Of a stretch of 64,000 nt of DNA, positions 38,601-48,190 are shown piece by piece. This stretch comes from Minisyncoccota bacterium (lineage in GTDB: Bacteria; Patescibacteriota; Minisyncoccia; UBA6257; GWB1-50-10). The number at the start of each line of letters is the position of its first letter. Positions within the stretch are counted from its first letter, which is position 1. The stretch is taken from NCBI GenBank assembly GCA_020059915.1, contig JAGVBB010000003.1, positions 233,625 through 297,624 of the forward strand, given 5' to 3'. The notes under the pieces were generated by a model. The model had not been told where the DNA came from, made no database searches, and saw only the letters and a program-made list of their open reading frames with translations. The translations under genes were made by a program, and so were the position numbers.

Positions 38601-39047
38601 ACCAATACCAACGTTTGTCCCGTTATTAAACAAAAGAGAGGTTGCAACCCAACTCGAACCACTATGACGAAGTGTTTGCCCCGATGTACCACTCGCTATT
38701 CCCCCACCAACCATTGAATCAACATAACTTTTTGTCACTGCGTGCGTTACTCCTGTTGGGGACCCAACAAACACCGGAGAAGAAAAATATCCCTTCCCTG
38801 TTACTTGCAATTTATACGACGGATTGGATGTATATATTCCAATATTTCCCGTGGAATTAATTACAAATAAATCATTTGATCCAAAGATAATATCATTTCC
38901 ACTTCGTTCATTTAATTTCAAAACCGCACCAGTGTTTTCAATTGAAGAAGTATTTTGATCAATAGTGATATATTGTGCGGACACAAACTCCCCCACAAAG
39001 AATGTGAGAATAATTATTATGAAGATGATAAATGATTTATATTTCAT
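35679..39047 (-). CDS. Fibre-like surface protein 1: GIGT repeats, six Cys repeats, FN3, Gly-rich (ALK/LTK-like) tip
   Basis: Signal peptide; GN(V/I)GIGT..P; TKSY(V/A)D twice; TCPxGYTxW; YNVYRS..YYYKV; EAWGAQGG...ILVGQQG. Confidence 0.85.
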   Translation of the reverse strand: MKYKSFIIFIIIILTFFVGEFVSAQYITIDQNTSSIENTGAVLKLNERSGNDIIFGSNDLFVINSTGNIGIYTSNPSYKLQVTGKGYFSSPVFVGSPTGVTHAVTKSYVDSMVGGGIASGTSGQTLRHSGSSWVATSLLFNNGTNVGIGTTNPTYPFHLYNLAPPSGVLATFETGGSSGSIRLLSTGSSWELVSAGSALHFYNNNTSAYRLTMTNAGNIGIGTTTPAYTLDVVGAGQFDGAVIVGSPTAVGHVATKSYADSSAYSLWNASGSNLYSINTGNVGIGTSTPTAKLDVYGTIKMNGFQLGTSATPGYVLTVDASGNGTWQIYNAQVVALGASDNVMYLRSGSSDPRSFTWQLVNNYSPDTYITCPEGYTKWWSSNAYYSSSESGYVAYTGACYPTSASNDLFKWRSPSPSSVTCPTGYTRWVNTWWDVDPDNSTSKYDGVCYKGTTLPSFSWSAYTASTQTCPTGLTNWYDNSYARWRPAWYEYCVDEPTCSQYDYTYDYWSYSGACYNASATNDVFTWKSYSGATSVTCPTGYTRWVGQYVYSPAGIDQVYSGACYKGNPPSFIWESYTGLGNPTSVVSCPSGFTNWSNTSAVYYNAPISGYQAYTGACINNTNSGVSDTFVYNANAASNSITCPTGYTKYTNQNYTRKRYSSQTTYDSACYKIISSPAPSCPSGWSSAPTSTVTIDGVDVNEQICYRTDAPFQSFTLRAKGANQSLSCPAGWGMATSTQNIGSNTELVCYAASCPNGLSAPSAPTGATATPGALSNTISWTAPTGNSCALAYSYNVYRSTTSGSGYSLLTSNVTSTSYVDSGLSVMAYYYKVSSVNPAGESGLSSEVTATPTNPITVTFNNITTGRTGSLQTFTASTTGSYIIEAWGAQGGSGTGSNSLTGGLGAYVKGTVSLTAGDVIKILVGQQGGSNGGAHGNENGGGGGTFVVKQTGNVPLIIAGGGGGGPATSYGTSCTRTASEGNGQSGTSGVTISCAGTGTGGSAGSGGSSNQSYAGGAGGGFSTNGMDGGTHCATAYGGQSYLNGGAGGTGNSCYTTENYGGYGGGGGGQLGGPGAGGGYSGGGTSASWSGSSTYGGGGGSYNSGTNQTNTAGVRSGHGMVKITY

Positions 39048-39050
39048 AGT

Positions 39051-42000
39051 TTATTTTATCCACAGCCGTCCATATCCTCTTGACGATGCTGAACCACATC
39101 CATTTACTGGATACGAATCATATCCTGTATATGCCTGATATGGATATTGATAGTGTGGACCATTACATATACCACTTGGATTTCTTCCTCCAACTGCTGG
39201 ACTGTTCCCTGTATACCCCGTACCAACTCCAGAACAGTAATTATCTCCACAAGCAGCTAAACAATCTGGATTTGTTGGATAACTTGCATAGTTGGTCCAA
39301 CTTACCCACCATCCACGTTGCGTTGTATCTCTATCGTATGAGTTCCAAGTCCAGTTTGTACGATCATGGAATGTGGTTGCGTTATATGGCGAACAATAAA
39401 ATCTAAATATTCCCAAACTTCCCGAGGCGGTTCGAATTTGATTTATAACAGTATCAGAAAACTTCCCCTTATCATCTTGCGTCCATGTTGATTTTGTACT
39501 CCACCCACTCTGTTCTGTTGTTTGTCTATGATTTGCATTTGCTGAATCAATTCCTGCAACAAGTGTCCAACCCCCTCCATCGGTGGTCATATCACAATAT
39601 GCTCGAAATGCATCACTTGTTGAACCACCATTTGGATCTATCCAATAAGTACCATCAGTCTTTGATGGGAATGCAGTCTTAATCACCTTGCAAGAAATTC
39701 CAGCAAAAGTCTGTGAGGATCCATCTGGGTCTGAAAGCGGAACAGCACTCACCTCACTACTTTGTGCACTTTCACCACCACTGTTTACTGAAGAAATTTT
39801 GTAATAATATGTCGGATAAGTTCCACTCCCTAAAATCTTAAATTCTATTTCTGCAATTCCACCATTGTTATATCCAGTACCAGAGACCGCCACAAGTTTG
39901 TAATAACGATATGCAGTAGTGTTTGCACTTAAGTCACCAAAATAACTTGGTTGTGCAACTCCACCCGGCGCAGTATATACCGCAGAAATATCAGTCCACG
40001 TTGAATTATTTGTTGATCCTCGCCACTGATAATTTCCCGTTTGTGCACCACCGCCACCCCACGTATATCGAGCCTCTGTAATAGTAATTGCAGAACCAAA
40101 ATCAAATGTTATTGATTGTCCAGAAAATGAAGTTGTTTGGAGATATGCGATAGTCCCCGTATTTCCATCAATCATGTTTGTATTTGGATACCCAGAATAA
40201 CTCCATAAATTATCTGAGAGAAGTGTAATAAGTGATGTTCTATTTCCAATGCTTTGTGTTTGAGTATATGTTGATGTTGCGCTTGTGGTGATTGAAGTAT
40301 CTGAATACGTTGTACCTGCAATACCACTCGTAACAAGTGAGAATCCAGATCCAGAGGTTAAACTTCTATATATATTATATGTTTCTGGTTGCGAGCATAC
40401 TCCTCCACCACTTGGTGCTGTCCAAGAAAGATTTATACTTTGACTGGCTCCGGTAGCGGATGGACTAGTTGGAACATCCGGTGCAGTCATCCCCTCCGAG
40501 CAAGCAAAATAGCAGGCAAGTTCCGTGTTCCCTGCAACGTTGGTTGCGGACATTGCTGGAGCCCACGCAGCACTTGGACAAGAAATAGATTGCGAAGATC
40601 CTTTCTTTGTTATCTGCATTGTTGTCACCGCCGAATCAGTTTTGTAACAAATTTTCTCTTTTACATCATATCCATTGGTAAGTACTGTCTGACAAGTTGT
40701 TTCACTCCATCCAGATGGGCAGGATGGACACACTGTTGCATCAAACGTCTTGTAACAGGTTGCGTCCCATGCTTGGACACTAGATCCTCGTTTGTATGCA
40801 AATTGTCCGCTTTTATATTTTGTATATCCTGTTGGGCAAGTTACCGTGTCCGACGCCACCATCGTCTCAATATTAAATGCATCAGCACCAGTTGCAGTGT
40901 TACTTATACATGCTGCAGTATATGCATCATAACTATTTCCAGTTCTCCATTTTGCATTTGCATCATACCACTTGGTATATCCTGTTGGGCAGGTATTATT
41001 TGCCATATTCCCACCAGTGTATGCATCCCAAATAAATGATGTCGGATTCCCTTTATAACAAACTCCAGAATAATACTGGTTATTTCCTGGACCATATACA
41101 ATGTCACTTGGATACCACTTAGTGTATCCTGTTGGGCAGGTAAGAGAGGTTGGAGAGGTTGATTTCCATGGAAAATAGTCATTTGTTGCACTTGTGTTGT
41201 AACACGCTCCAACATAGCTATAGTATCCAGATCCAGAAGAATACCATTGTGCATTTGAATCAAACCATTTTGTATATCCCGTTGGGCAGGTAAGAGAGGT
41301 TGGCGTTCCAAGTCCTGTGTATGATTCCCAATTAAACGCTGTTGTTGGAGATCCTTTGTAACAAACGCCACTATAGTATGCCTGCGAAGAATAAATACCA
41401 TAACCATAATACGAGGTATTAACCCACCTCGTATATCCTGTTGGACATACTACCGAATTTGGAGATGTCATTGTCTTCCATGAAAAAATATCAGTTGTTG
41501 TATCCGCGTTATAACACGCCCCCTCATACGACACATTTCCCGAAAGGTCCGCATACCAATATGCATAACTCTGATCAAACCATTTTGTATATCCCGTTGG
41601 GCAGGTTACTGACGTGGGACTATTTGTTTCCCATGTAAATGAATTCATAATAAGTGTTATTGGGTTTCTTAATTTCATAACACTCGTTCCATATGCATTC
41701 CCAACATTTGCAATTGACTGCCATGTACCAACACCACTTGCATTTGCAATTAAAATATTTCCTGCAGTTGCGGAGGTACCCAACTGAAATGAGGACATTT
41801 TCACCGTTCCCATAACATCAAGTTTTGCCCCTGGTGAATTTGTTCCAATGCCAATGTTTCCTGATGGAACGGTATATGTGTTAGTACTTGATGACACCCA
41901 CATTGAAACTGCAAGTGCATCAACATATGCCTTGCTCGCCGCATGCCCCGCCGCGGTTGTGGTACTTATAAGAACAGGAGAAGAAAAATTTCCCGTTCCC

Positions 42001-42713
42001 GCAACATGGAGTAAAGACGCAGGAGATTGTGTTCCAATACCAACATTTCCTGCATTTGTTATTGTCGTACGATATTGTGATGTATTGTCATTATAAAATT
42101 GCAGACCGGATCCCGTCGCACCAATTTGCCACGATGATCCTGTTGATCCAATTTTTATAAATGAAGCGGATGTTCCTGTTTGAAAACGAGAAAGCACGGC
42201 AGATGTTCCGCTATATACATGCAGTGGGGCTGTTGGGTTTGTTGTTCCAACACCAATATTTGTTCCATTGTTGTAAAGTGTTGAATCACCAAACCATCCA
42301 GATCCAGTATTTCTTAATGTCTGCCCAGATGTTCCTGAACCAACTCCTCCTGCAATAGTAAAGTCTGCATAGGATTTTGTTGAAATATCAGAAGCGATTT
42401 GCGGTTCTCCAATGGTGAGTGGATTTACAAAATATCCAGCACCCTGCACATGCAATGGGTATTGAGGATTTGTTGTGTTTATACCAATCTTATCCCCTGA
42501 AGTATTTATATATATGATTCCGTCTCCTACTGAAATATCATATGCACTCCGTGCATTCAAATACAATGGTGCATACCACGATTCAACAGAATTACTATCA
42601 ATGGTAACGCTTTGTGCATACACTGATGAAAACGAAAACACAAAACACAACATAAATATGCTCAAAAATAAAATTCTATATGTACTTATATGCGTTTGTA
42701 TGTTCATTTTCAT
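39051..42713 (-). CDS. Fibre-like surface protein 2: GIGT repeats, six Cys repeats, FN3 with inserted discoidin-like domain, fibrinogen-like tip
   Basis: Same N-terminal plan as protein 1; SC..IK...DGTYWIDP...AYCDMTTDGGGWTLVA; start moved to ATG 42713. Confidence 0.85.
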   Translation of the reverse strand: MKMNIQTHISTYRILFLSIFMLCFVFSFSSVYAQSVTIDSNSVESWYAPLYLNARSAYDISVGDGIIYINTSGDKIGINTTNPQYPLHVQGAGYFVNPLTIGEPQIASDISTKSYADFTIAGGVGSGTSGQTLRNTGSGWFGDSTLYNNGTNIGVGTTNPTAPLHVYSGTSAVLSRFQTGTSASFIKIGSTGSSWQIGATGSGLQFYNDNTSQYRTTITNAGNVGIGTQSPASLLHVAGTGNFSSPVLISTTTAAGHAASKAYVDALAVSMWVSSSTNTYTVPSGNIGIGTNSPGAKLDVMGTVKMSSFQLGTSATAGNILIANASGVGTWQSIANVGNAYGTSVMKLRNPITLIMNSFTWETNSPTSVTCPTGYTKWFDQSYAYWYADLSGNVSYEGACYNADTTTDIFSWKTMTSPNSVVCPTGYTRWVNTSYYGYGIYSSQAYYSGVCYKGSPTTAFNWESYTGLGTPTSLTCPTGYTKWFDSNAQWYSSGSGYYSYVGACYNTSATNDYFPWKSTSPTSLTCPTGYTKWYPSDIVYGPGNNQYYSGVCYKGNPTSFIWDAYTGGNMANNTCPTGYTKWYDANAKWRTGNSYDAYTAACISNTATGADAFNIETMVASDTVTCPTGYTKYKSGQFAYKRGSSVQAWDATCYKTFDATVCPSCPSGWSETTCQTVLTNGYDVKEKICYKTDSAVTTMQITKKGSSQSISCPSAAWAPAMSATNVAGNTELACYFACSEGMTAPDVPTSPSATGASQSINLSWTAPSGGGVCSQPETYNIYRSLTSGSGFSLVTSGIAGTTYSDTSITTSATSTYTQTQSIGNRTSLITLLSDNLWSYSGYPNTNMIDGNTGTIAYLQTTSFSGQSITFDFGSAITITEARYTWGGGGAQTGNYQWRGSTNNSTWTDISAVYTAPGGVAQPSYFGDLSANTTAYRYYKLVAVSGTGYNNGGIAEIEFKILGSGTYPTYYYKISSVNSGGESAQSSEVSAVPLSDPDGSSQTFAGISCKVIKTAFPSKTDGTYWIDPNGGSTSDAFRAYCDMTTDGGGWTLVAGIDSANANHRQTTEQSGWSTKSTWTQDDKGKFSDTVINQIRTASGSLGIFRFYCSPYNATTFHDRTNWTWNSYDRDTTQRGWWVSWTNYASYPTNPDCLAACGDNYCSGVGTGYTGNSPAVGGRNPSGICNGPHYQYPYQAYTGYDSYPVNGCGSASSRGYGRLWIK

Positions 42714-42723
42714 AGTTTTTATA

Positions 42724-45700
42724 TTATCTTGTACATGTAATGTTGACCGCATAGTCAGTTGAGTTCTGATTATTACACTCGCTCAAATATCCAGAAGGAG
42801 GTGTTGGTGCAGCAGCACATTGTGTTGGCTGGGAACCAAAACTCCAATTTCCTGATTGTCCATCATACAATGTTACATTTGAAGAGGTACTCCAAGCACA
42901 ATCAATTGCTGTTCCAGAACCAATCGCATATCCATTTGGTTGTGAACCCCAAACACCATTTCCAATACTATGATATGCGGCATAAGAGACGCCGGAATTT
43001 GCTACTGTACATGAAGAATACCCAAGCTGTTGTCTGATCTGCGTCAATACATTGGAATCCCACTCACTATTCATCATACGAGCAATAAGTTTGTGTTGTG
43101 GATTTGACCAACTCGCAAGACGCGTGAATTGTGCATCCACACAAATTTCCTGGTCTCCATTATCAGTGACGCTACTACAATATATTCCATACTCACAAGG
43201 ATTTGATCCATATAAGAGTGGTGGAATTGAATTATATCCTTGCTTGAACAAAGTCAACGCAGGCGCTGCGGGTATTGCACCAAATTCTGCCGTCTGTGTA
43301 CTTTCTCCAAATCCGTTAATCGCAGAAATTTTATAATAGTATGTTGTACCATTGGTGACTCCTGTATCTAAATAATAATTTCCTGTTGATGTTGCATAAA
43401 GTGAAAAACCACTTCCCGACGTTAAGCTTCTAAAAATTTTGAAATAGCTTGGAATTGCTGTACAACTAATACCTCTACTCCATGAAAGAGCAACACTATT
43501 ATTTCCTGCGGTTGATGTTGCGGAAGATGGTACAGCTGGAGCCTGAGAAACTGCACTCGTACATTTTGTAACAACAACCTGTCCCGCACCCGATCTATTC
43601 CCCGCAATATTTGATTGATTTATTCCATCATTATATGATCCACCGCCACCTCCACCATATGTACTTCCCCAACTTCCACCTGCTCCACCACCAGAATATC
43701 CTCCTCCTCCACCGGCAGTAAGTCCACCTGCTCCACCACCGCCAAATCCACCAACATTGCCACCCCATCCGGACCATACGCTTGCTCCATTATCTCCACC
43801 ATATCCTCCATTTAAGAATTTTGAACCACCATAGTCATACCACGCAGAACTTCCACCTCCATCAACATTAGTAGTTCCATCTGTTCTCCATCCCGCTCCT
43901 CCTCCAGAATAATTTGCACGACCGCCACCCATTCCATTTGTTCCTCCAGCACCCCCACCAGATGATTGCCCAGCAGTTCCATTAATAGTTGTCTGTCCAC
44001 CACTTGCTGACCCACCCCCATTTGTACCAGGCGCGCCCCCACCACCACCGGCAACAATAATCGGCAAATTATTTGAATCAACTACAAAGGTTCCCCCTCC
44101 CCCTCCATTTCCTCCATTATATTGGACACCATTGTTTGCCGGGCTACCTTGTTGTCCAACAAGTATTGAAATTACCTCACCCATTCTTAAATACACATCG
44201 CCCTGCATTTTTGCTCCAAAACCACCCGTGTAACTCATTGAACCCCCCTGTGCTCCATACGCAGCTATTGTATAAACCCCAGTTTCAGGAACAGTCCATT
44301 TCTGTGTTCCTGTTGCAACATCAAAAAATGATGAGTTCTCATCCCAGGAAGTTGAGTATGCAGAACGACATGCAGATATCGTTGGACCAGTTCTTCCAGT
44401 TTGTGAACAATTAGTAAATGTATGTGTAGTAAATGAATATAAAACATTCGGTGTCGTGACACTAAATTCATTTGAGGTAGATCCTTCTCCGGCTATATTC
44501 GTACCGGAAACCTTATAATAGTAAGTGGTATTTTGTGTTGTTGTCGCGTCGGTAAAAGTAGTCGCTTCAACTCCTGAGGCAATAAGGGAATACCCACTCC
44601 CTGAGGTAAGGCTTCTATATATATTATAAGTATCTGTTGCAGTACATTCAGTTGCACTTGGTGCTGTCCACGAAAGAGCAACTGAAATACCAGAAAGGCT
44701 TCCCGTAAGTGAGGTTGGTGTTAGTGGTAAAGAAAAACTTGAGCAGGCAACATAACAGGCACGCTCTGTATTTCCATTCACATTTGCTGTTGTACCCGCA
44801 CTTGAAAGTCCTGCGGGACAAGAAATTGATTGGTTTGATCCCTTCTTTTGCACTGTAATTGTTTGGATTGGTCCGCCTTGCTTATAACAAACACGTTCTC
44901 CATAATCGCCAAGTGATCCAGAAACAGTGTTACATGATCCAGCCGTCCATCCAGTTGGACACGACTGACAAGTTGCGGCAGGAATTTTATAACACGCACT
45001 ACTGTACGCTGCTTGACCTGAACCGCGGTAGGTGTAATACGAAGAATTCCCCTGCCATTTTGTATATCCGGATGGACAAGCAACAGCATCGGATCCCGAT
45101 GTGGAAAAATATGGAAATGCATCTGCTGCTGTTGCTGAAGAGTTTACGCAGTATCCATTATATGATTGATATGAACTACTATAGGTATAATATTTTGCAT
45201 ATGTTGTGTCATACCAATTTGTGTATCCAGATGGACAGGTCACAGTAGTTGGTGCGTATCCAGTATAAATCTCCCATGGAAGAGAGGATGGTGATCCCTT
45301 GTAGCAAACTCCAGTGTAATAAGTGACCGACCCTGGACCATATGCATAATTTGTTGGGTACCATTTTGTATATCCAGATGGACAGGTCACTGATGCTGGC
45401 GAGGTAGATTTCCATTTGAATACATCCGTGCTTGCAGATGCGTTATAGCACGACCCCGTATAGTTATAATAACCACCCGTTGATGAATACCATTGTGCAT
45501 TTGCATGATACCAAGCGGTATATCCACTTGGACAAGAAATAAAGGTGGTTGGATCTCCACTTCCCGTGTATGTCTCCCACGTAAACGATGATGGTGACCC
45601 CTTGTAGCAAGCACCATTATACCCATTATAAGTAGAATATATTCCCTTTCCTGGATATGATGCATTTGTCCAAGTAGTGTATCCAGATGGACAGGTCACT

Positions 45701-46923
45701 GATGCCGGAGATGAGTATGCTTTCCAAGTGAAGACATCGTCTATTAAGGAGTTTTGATAACAAGTACCAAAATAAGAAGGGTTTCCACTTTCGTCTCCAT
45801 ACCAGTAGGCGTTACCGTGTGACCACAATGAGTACCCCGTAGGACAGGTAAAATAAGTTGAGATAGCACTTGTACGACTTTCAAAAGCAAATGTTTTGGG
45901 ATCTCCGATTGACGAATGTAAAGTTAAAATGGCACTTCCTGGTTTTGAACCACTGGTACCTGGAAGAACTTGCCACGTTCCGACGCCACTTGCATCCGTA
46001 GTAAGAGCATAACCCGCCGTTGTTGAAGTTCCAATTTGAATTCCTGTTGCGCGAACTTTTCCAACTACCTCAAGTTTTGTTGTTGGGTTAGTAATACCAA
46101 TTCCGACGTTCCCAGAGTTCCCAGAGTATAAAGATGTTGATGTTGCGGTCCACACAGAACCGACCAACGAATCAACATATCCTTTTGTCGCAGCGTTATT
46201 TGCAGCAGTTGGTGTTCCTACAGAAAGTGTAGAAAAACTTCCCGTGCCGGCCACATCAAGCAACGACGATGGCGTTGTTGTACCAATCCCAATATTTCCA
46301 GAGTTTGCCATCGTCATCCGATACTGTAGATTGTTCCTATTATAAAATTGGAGCCCACTTGCTGTCGTCCCAAAATTCCAAGAAGCATCAGACCCAATTA
46401 AGTTTAATGTTCCCGCCGTACTTCCACTTTGGAAATAGGTAACAATATTGCCAGATGGTGCAGAATTATATACATCAAATTTTATTGTTGGACTTATCCC
46501 TATACCAACCGCACCACCATTATTGATAATTAAAGAAGATGCAACCCATCCAGATCCATTATTATGCAATGTCTGGTTTGCACTTCCCGATCCAACACCT
46601 CCACCGAGAATGGAATCAACATATCCTTTTGTGGCAGCATTGCTCGCAGCAGTTGGAGATCCCGCACCAGTGCTTGTGGAAAAAACAGCACTCCCAACCA
46701 CGTGTAACGGATATGTTGGTACAAGGGTTCCAATCCCTATATATCCATTTCCACGAGAAATAAACAAATCACCGTTTCCGATGTTTATGTTATATCCACT
46801 CGTCTTATTGAATCCAAGTCCCGATGCATCACTTTGAATATCGGTGTCGCCAAAAAAAATACTTGCACTTACTACCAATGGAAGTAGACATAAACCTATG
46901 GTTAGTATGAGAAAGCGTTTCAT
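42724..46923 (-). CDS. Fibre-like surface protein 3: GIGT repeats, six Cys repeats, FN3, ALK/LTK-like Gly-rich domain, second FN3, Cys-rich tip
   Basis: FTNCSQTGRTGPT...C...Y, QKWTVPETGVYTIAAYGAQGG; two FN3 modules. Confidence 0.85.
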   Translation of the reverse strand: MKRFLILTIGLCLLPLVVSASIFFGDTDIQSDASGLGFNKTSGYNINIGNGDLFISRGNGYIGIGTLVPTYPLHVVGSAVFSTSTGAGSPTAASNAATKGYVDSILGGGVGSGSANQTLHNNGSGWVASSLIINNGGAVGIGISPTIKFDVYNSAPSGNIVTYFQSGSTAGTLNLIGSDASWNFGTTASGLQFYNRNNLQYRMTMANSGNIGIGTTTPSSLLDVAGTGSFSTLSVGTPTAANNAATKGYVDSLVGSVWTATSTSLYSGNSGNVGIGITNPTTKLEVVGKVRATGIQIGTSTTAGYALTTDASGVGTWQVLPGTSGSKPGSAILTLHSSIGDPKTFAFESRTSAISTYFTCPTGYSLWSHGNAYWYGDESGNPSYFGTCYQNSLIDDVFTWKAYSSPASVTCPSGYTTWTNASYPGKGIYSTYNGYNGACYKGSPSSFTWETYTGSGDPTTFISCPSGYTAWYHANAQWYSSTGGYYNYTGSCYNASASTDVFKWKSTSPASVTCPSGYTKWYPTNYAYGPGSVTYYTGVCYKGSPSSLPWEIYTGYAPTTVTCPSGYTNWYDTTYAKYYTYSSSYQSYNGYCVNSSATAADAFPYFSTSGSDAVACPSGYTKWQGNSSYYTYRGSGQAAYSSACYKIPAATCQSCPTGWTAGSCNTVSGSLGDYGERVCYKQGGPIQTITVQKKGSNQSISCPAGLSSAGTTANVNGNTERACYVACSSFSLPLTPTSLTGSLSGISVALSWTAPSATECTATDTYNIYRSLTSGSGYSLIASGVEATTFTDATTTQNTTYYYKVSGTNIAGEGSTSNEFSVTTPNVLYSFTTHTFTNCSQTGRTGPTISACRSAYSTSWDENSSFFDVATGTQKWTVPETGVYTIAAYGAQGGSMSYTGGFGAKMQGDVYLRMGEVISILVGQQGSPANNGVQYNGGNGGGGGTFVVDSNNLPIIVAGGGGGAPGTNGGGSASGGQTTINGTAGQSSGGGAGGTNGMGGGRANYSGGGAGWRTDGTTNVDGGGSSAWYDYGGSKFLNGGYGGDNGASVWSGWGGNVGGFGGGGAGGLTAGGGGGYSGGGAGGSWGSTYGGGGGGSYNDGINQSNIAGNRSGAGQVVVTKCTSAVSQAPAVPSSATSTAGNNSVALSWSRGISCTAIPSYFKIFRSLTSGSGFSLYATSTGNYYLDTGVTNGTTYYYKISAINGFGESTQTAEFGAIPAAPALTLFKQGYNSIPPLLYGSNPCEYGIYCSSVTDNGDQEICVDAQFTRLASWSNPQHKLIARMMNSEWDSNVLTQIRQQLGYSSCTVANSGVSYAAYHSIGNGVWGSQPNGYAIGSGTAIDCAWSTSSNVTLYDGQSGNWSFGSQPTQCAAAPTPPSGYLSECNNQNSTDYAVNITCTR

Positions 46924-46983
46924 GTATCCTCTTATATTATTATACTATATCAATTTCCTCCGTGATATAATAAATATAAGAAT

Positions 46984-47475
46984 ATGAACGAGCAGACAAA
47001 AAAAATAAGTATATTCGGTGCTGTAGCTATAATACTTCTTATAGTTCTTGTATATACACTCCCCGAAAATGCCAATGAGCAGAAAAAAACTGCAGAAACA
47101 CAAAAAATGCCAGAGACAATTGTCAGGGATTTTTACAATTGGTATAAAGAACAAACAATCGGTGTTTTGGATGATGGGGAAACAATAGTAAACCTCGCAA
47201 AAGAAAAGGGATTTGTAACACAAGAATTTGCCATATCAGCAATGTTCCATCCCCTTGTTGTGTCAAAAAAAGCAGATGTAATTATTTGTGCATCAAAAAA
47301 AGATAACACAGCTTTTCCTAATATATTTATACCATTCCCAACAGCGAGTTCAACGGAGATAGTAAGAGTTGAGGCGGCATCCCCAATACAAAATCACAAA
47401 ATAAATATTTTATTTAATACAAAAGAGAAAAAAATAATATCAATAACCTGTCCAGTAATTCCAAATCTTGAATAA
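46984..47475 (+). CDS. Single-TM hypothetical protein (DUF3828-like)
   Basis: N-terminal TM; PETIVRDFYNWY; Cys pair (IIC...ITCP). Confidence 0.65.
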   Translation: MNEQTKKISIFGAVAIILLIVLVYTLPENANEQKKTAETQKMPETIVRDFYNWYKEQTIGVLDDGETIVNLAKEKGFVTQEFAISAMFHPLVVSKKADVIICASKKDNTAFPNIFIPFPTASSTEIVRVEAASPIQNHKINILFNTKEKKIISITCPVIPNLE

Positions 47476-47480
47476 AAAAA

Positions 47481-48188
47481 TCAGCTACTAAGCTGATTTT
47501 TTTTAATTAATTCCTCAAATTTATCCCTATATAATTTAGACTCTTTTATGTCTATATCTTTGTAAACCTCTGAAAGCATAAGATAAAAATCTGGGTATGT
47601 TGGGACCTGTGAAATTCCATATTTAAAAACAGAAATTGCTTTTATATTATCCCCTTTTTGGACATGAATTCTACCAAGAAAAGTATATGGCGCAGGACTT
47701 TTAGAATCACTCAATCTAGCTATATCAATCGCTTTATTATAAGACTTAATTGCCTCATCTAGATTGTTCTGATCCTCAGCAAGGCGCCCTTTTTGTATAT
47801 AAAAGTCGAGATCATCAGAAGACACTAAAGAAATATTTTCTAAAGCTTTCTGAGCATTTGCATAGTCTTTTTCTGCCAATGATTTTATAAATTCTTGTTT
47901 ATTGATATCTATTTTTTCCTGAATAGCTATCAACTGTTTTCCTTCTTCAATATCCAAAACAACAGTATTAGTTGTTGAAAGTTTTAATGGAACAGAATTT
48001 TTTTGTAATATCACTTCATTAGCTTTTTGCTTTATTTCTTCATAAGCACGCGCCTCCTCGGAATTAATGATGATTCTCTTTTCAACCGAAAAATTTTCTT
48101 TATTTCGCATAAAAAAGAGAACGGTAAAACTAGCTACAAAGAAAAGAAAAATTATAATTATTAAAATTTTATTTTTATCATTAATCAT
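47481..48188 (-). CDS. Membrane-anchored tetratricopeptide repeat protein
   Basis: TPR pattern (Y..KG.L....NLDEAIKSYNKAI; Y..LG.I....GD..KAI..F..GI...P). Confidence 0.85.
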   Translation of the reverse strand: MINDKNKILIIIIFLFFVASFTVLFFMRNKENFSVEKRIIINSEEARAYEEIKQKANEVILQKNSVPLKLSTTNTVVLDIEEGKQLIAIQEKIDINKQEFIKSLAEKDYANAQKALENISLVSSDDLDFYIQKGRLAEDQNNLDEAIKSYNKAIDIARLSDSKSPAPYTFLGRIHVQKGDNIKAISVFKYGISQVPTYPDFYLMLSEVYKDIDIKESKLYRDKFEELIKKNQLSS

Positions 48189-48190
48189 AA

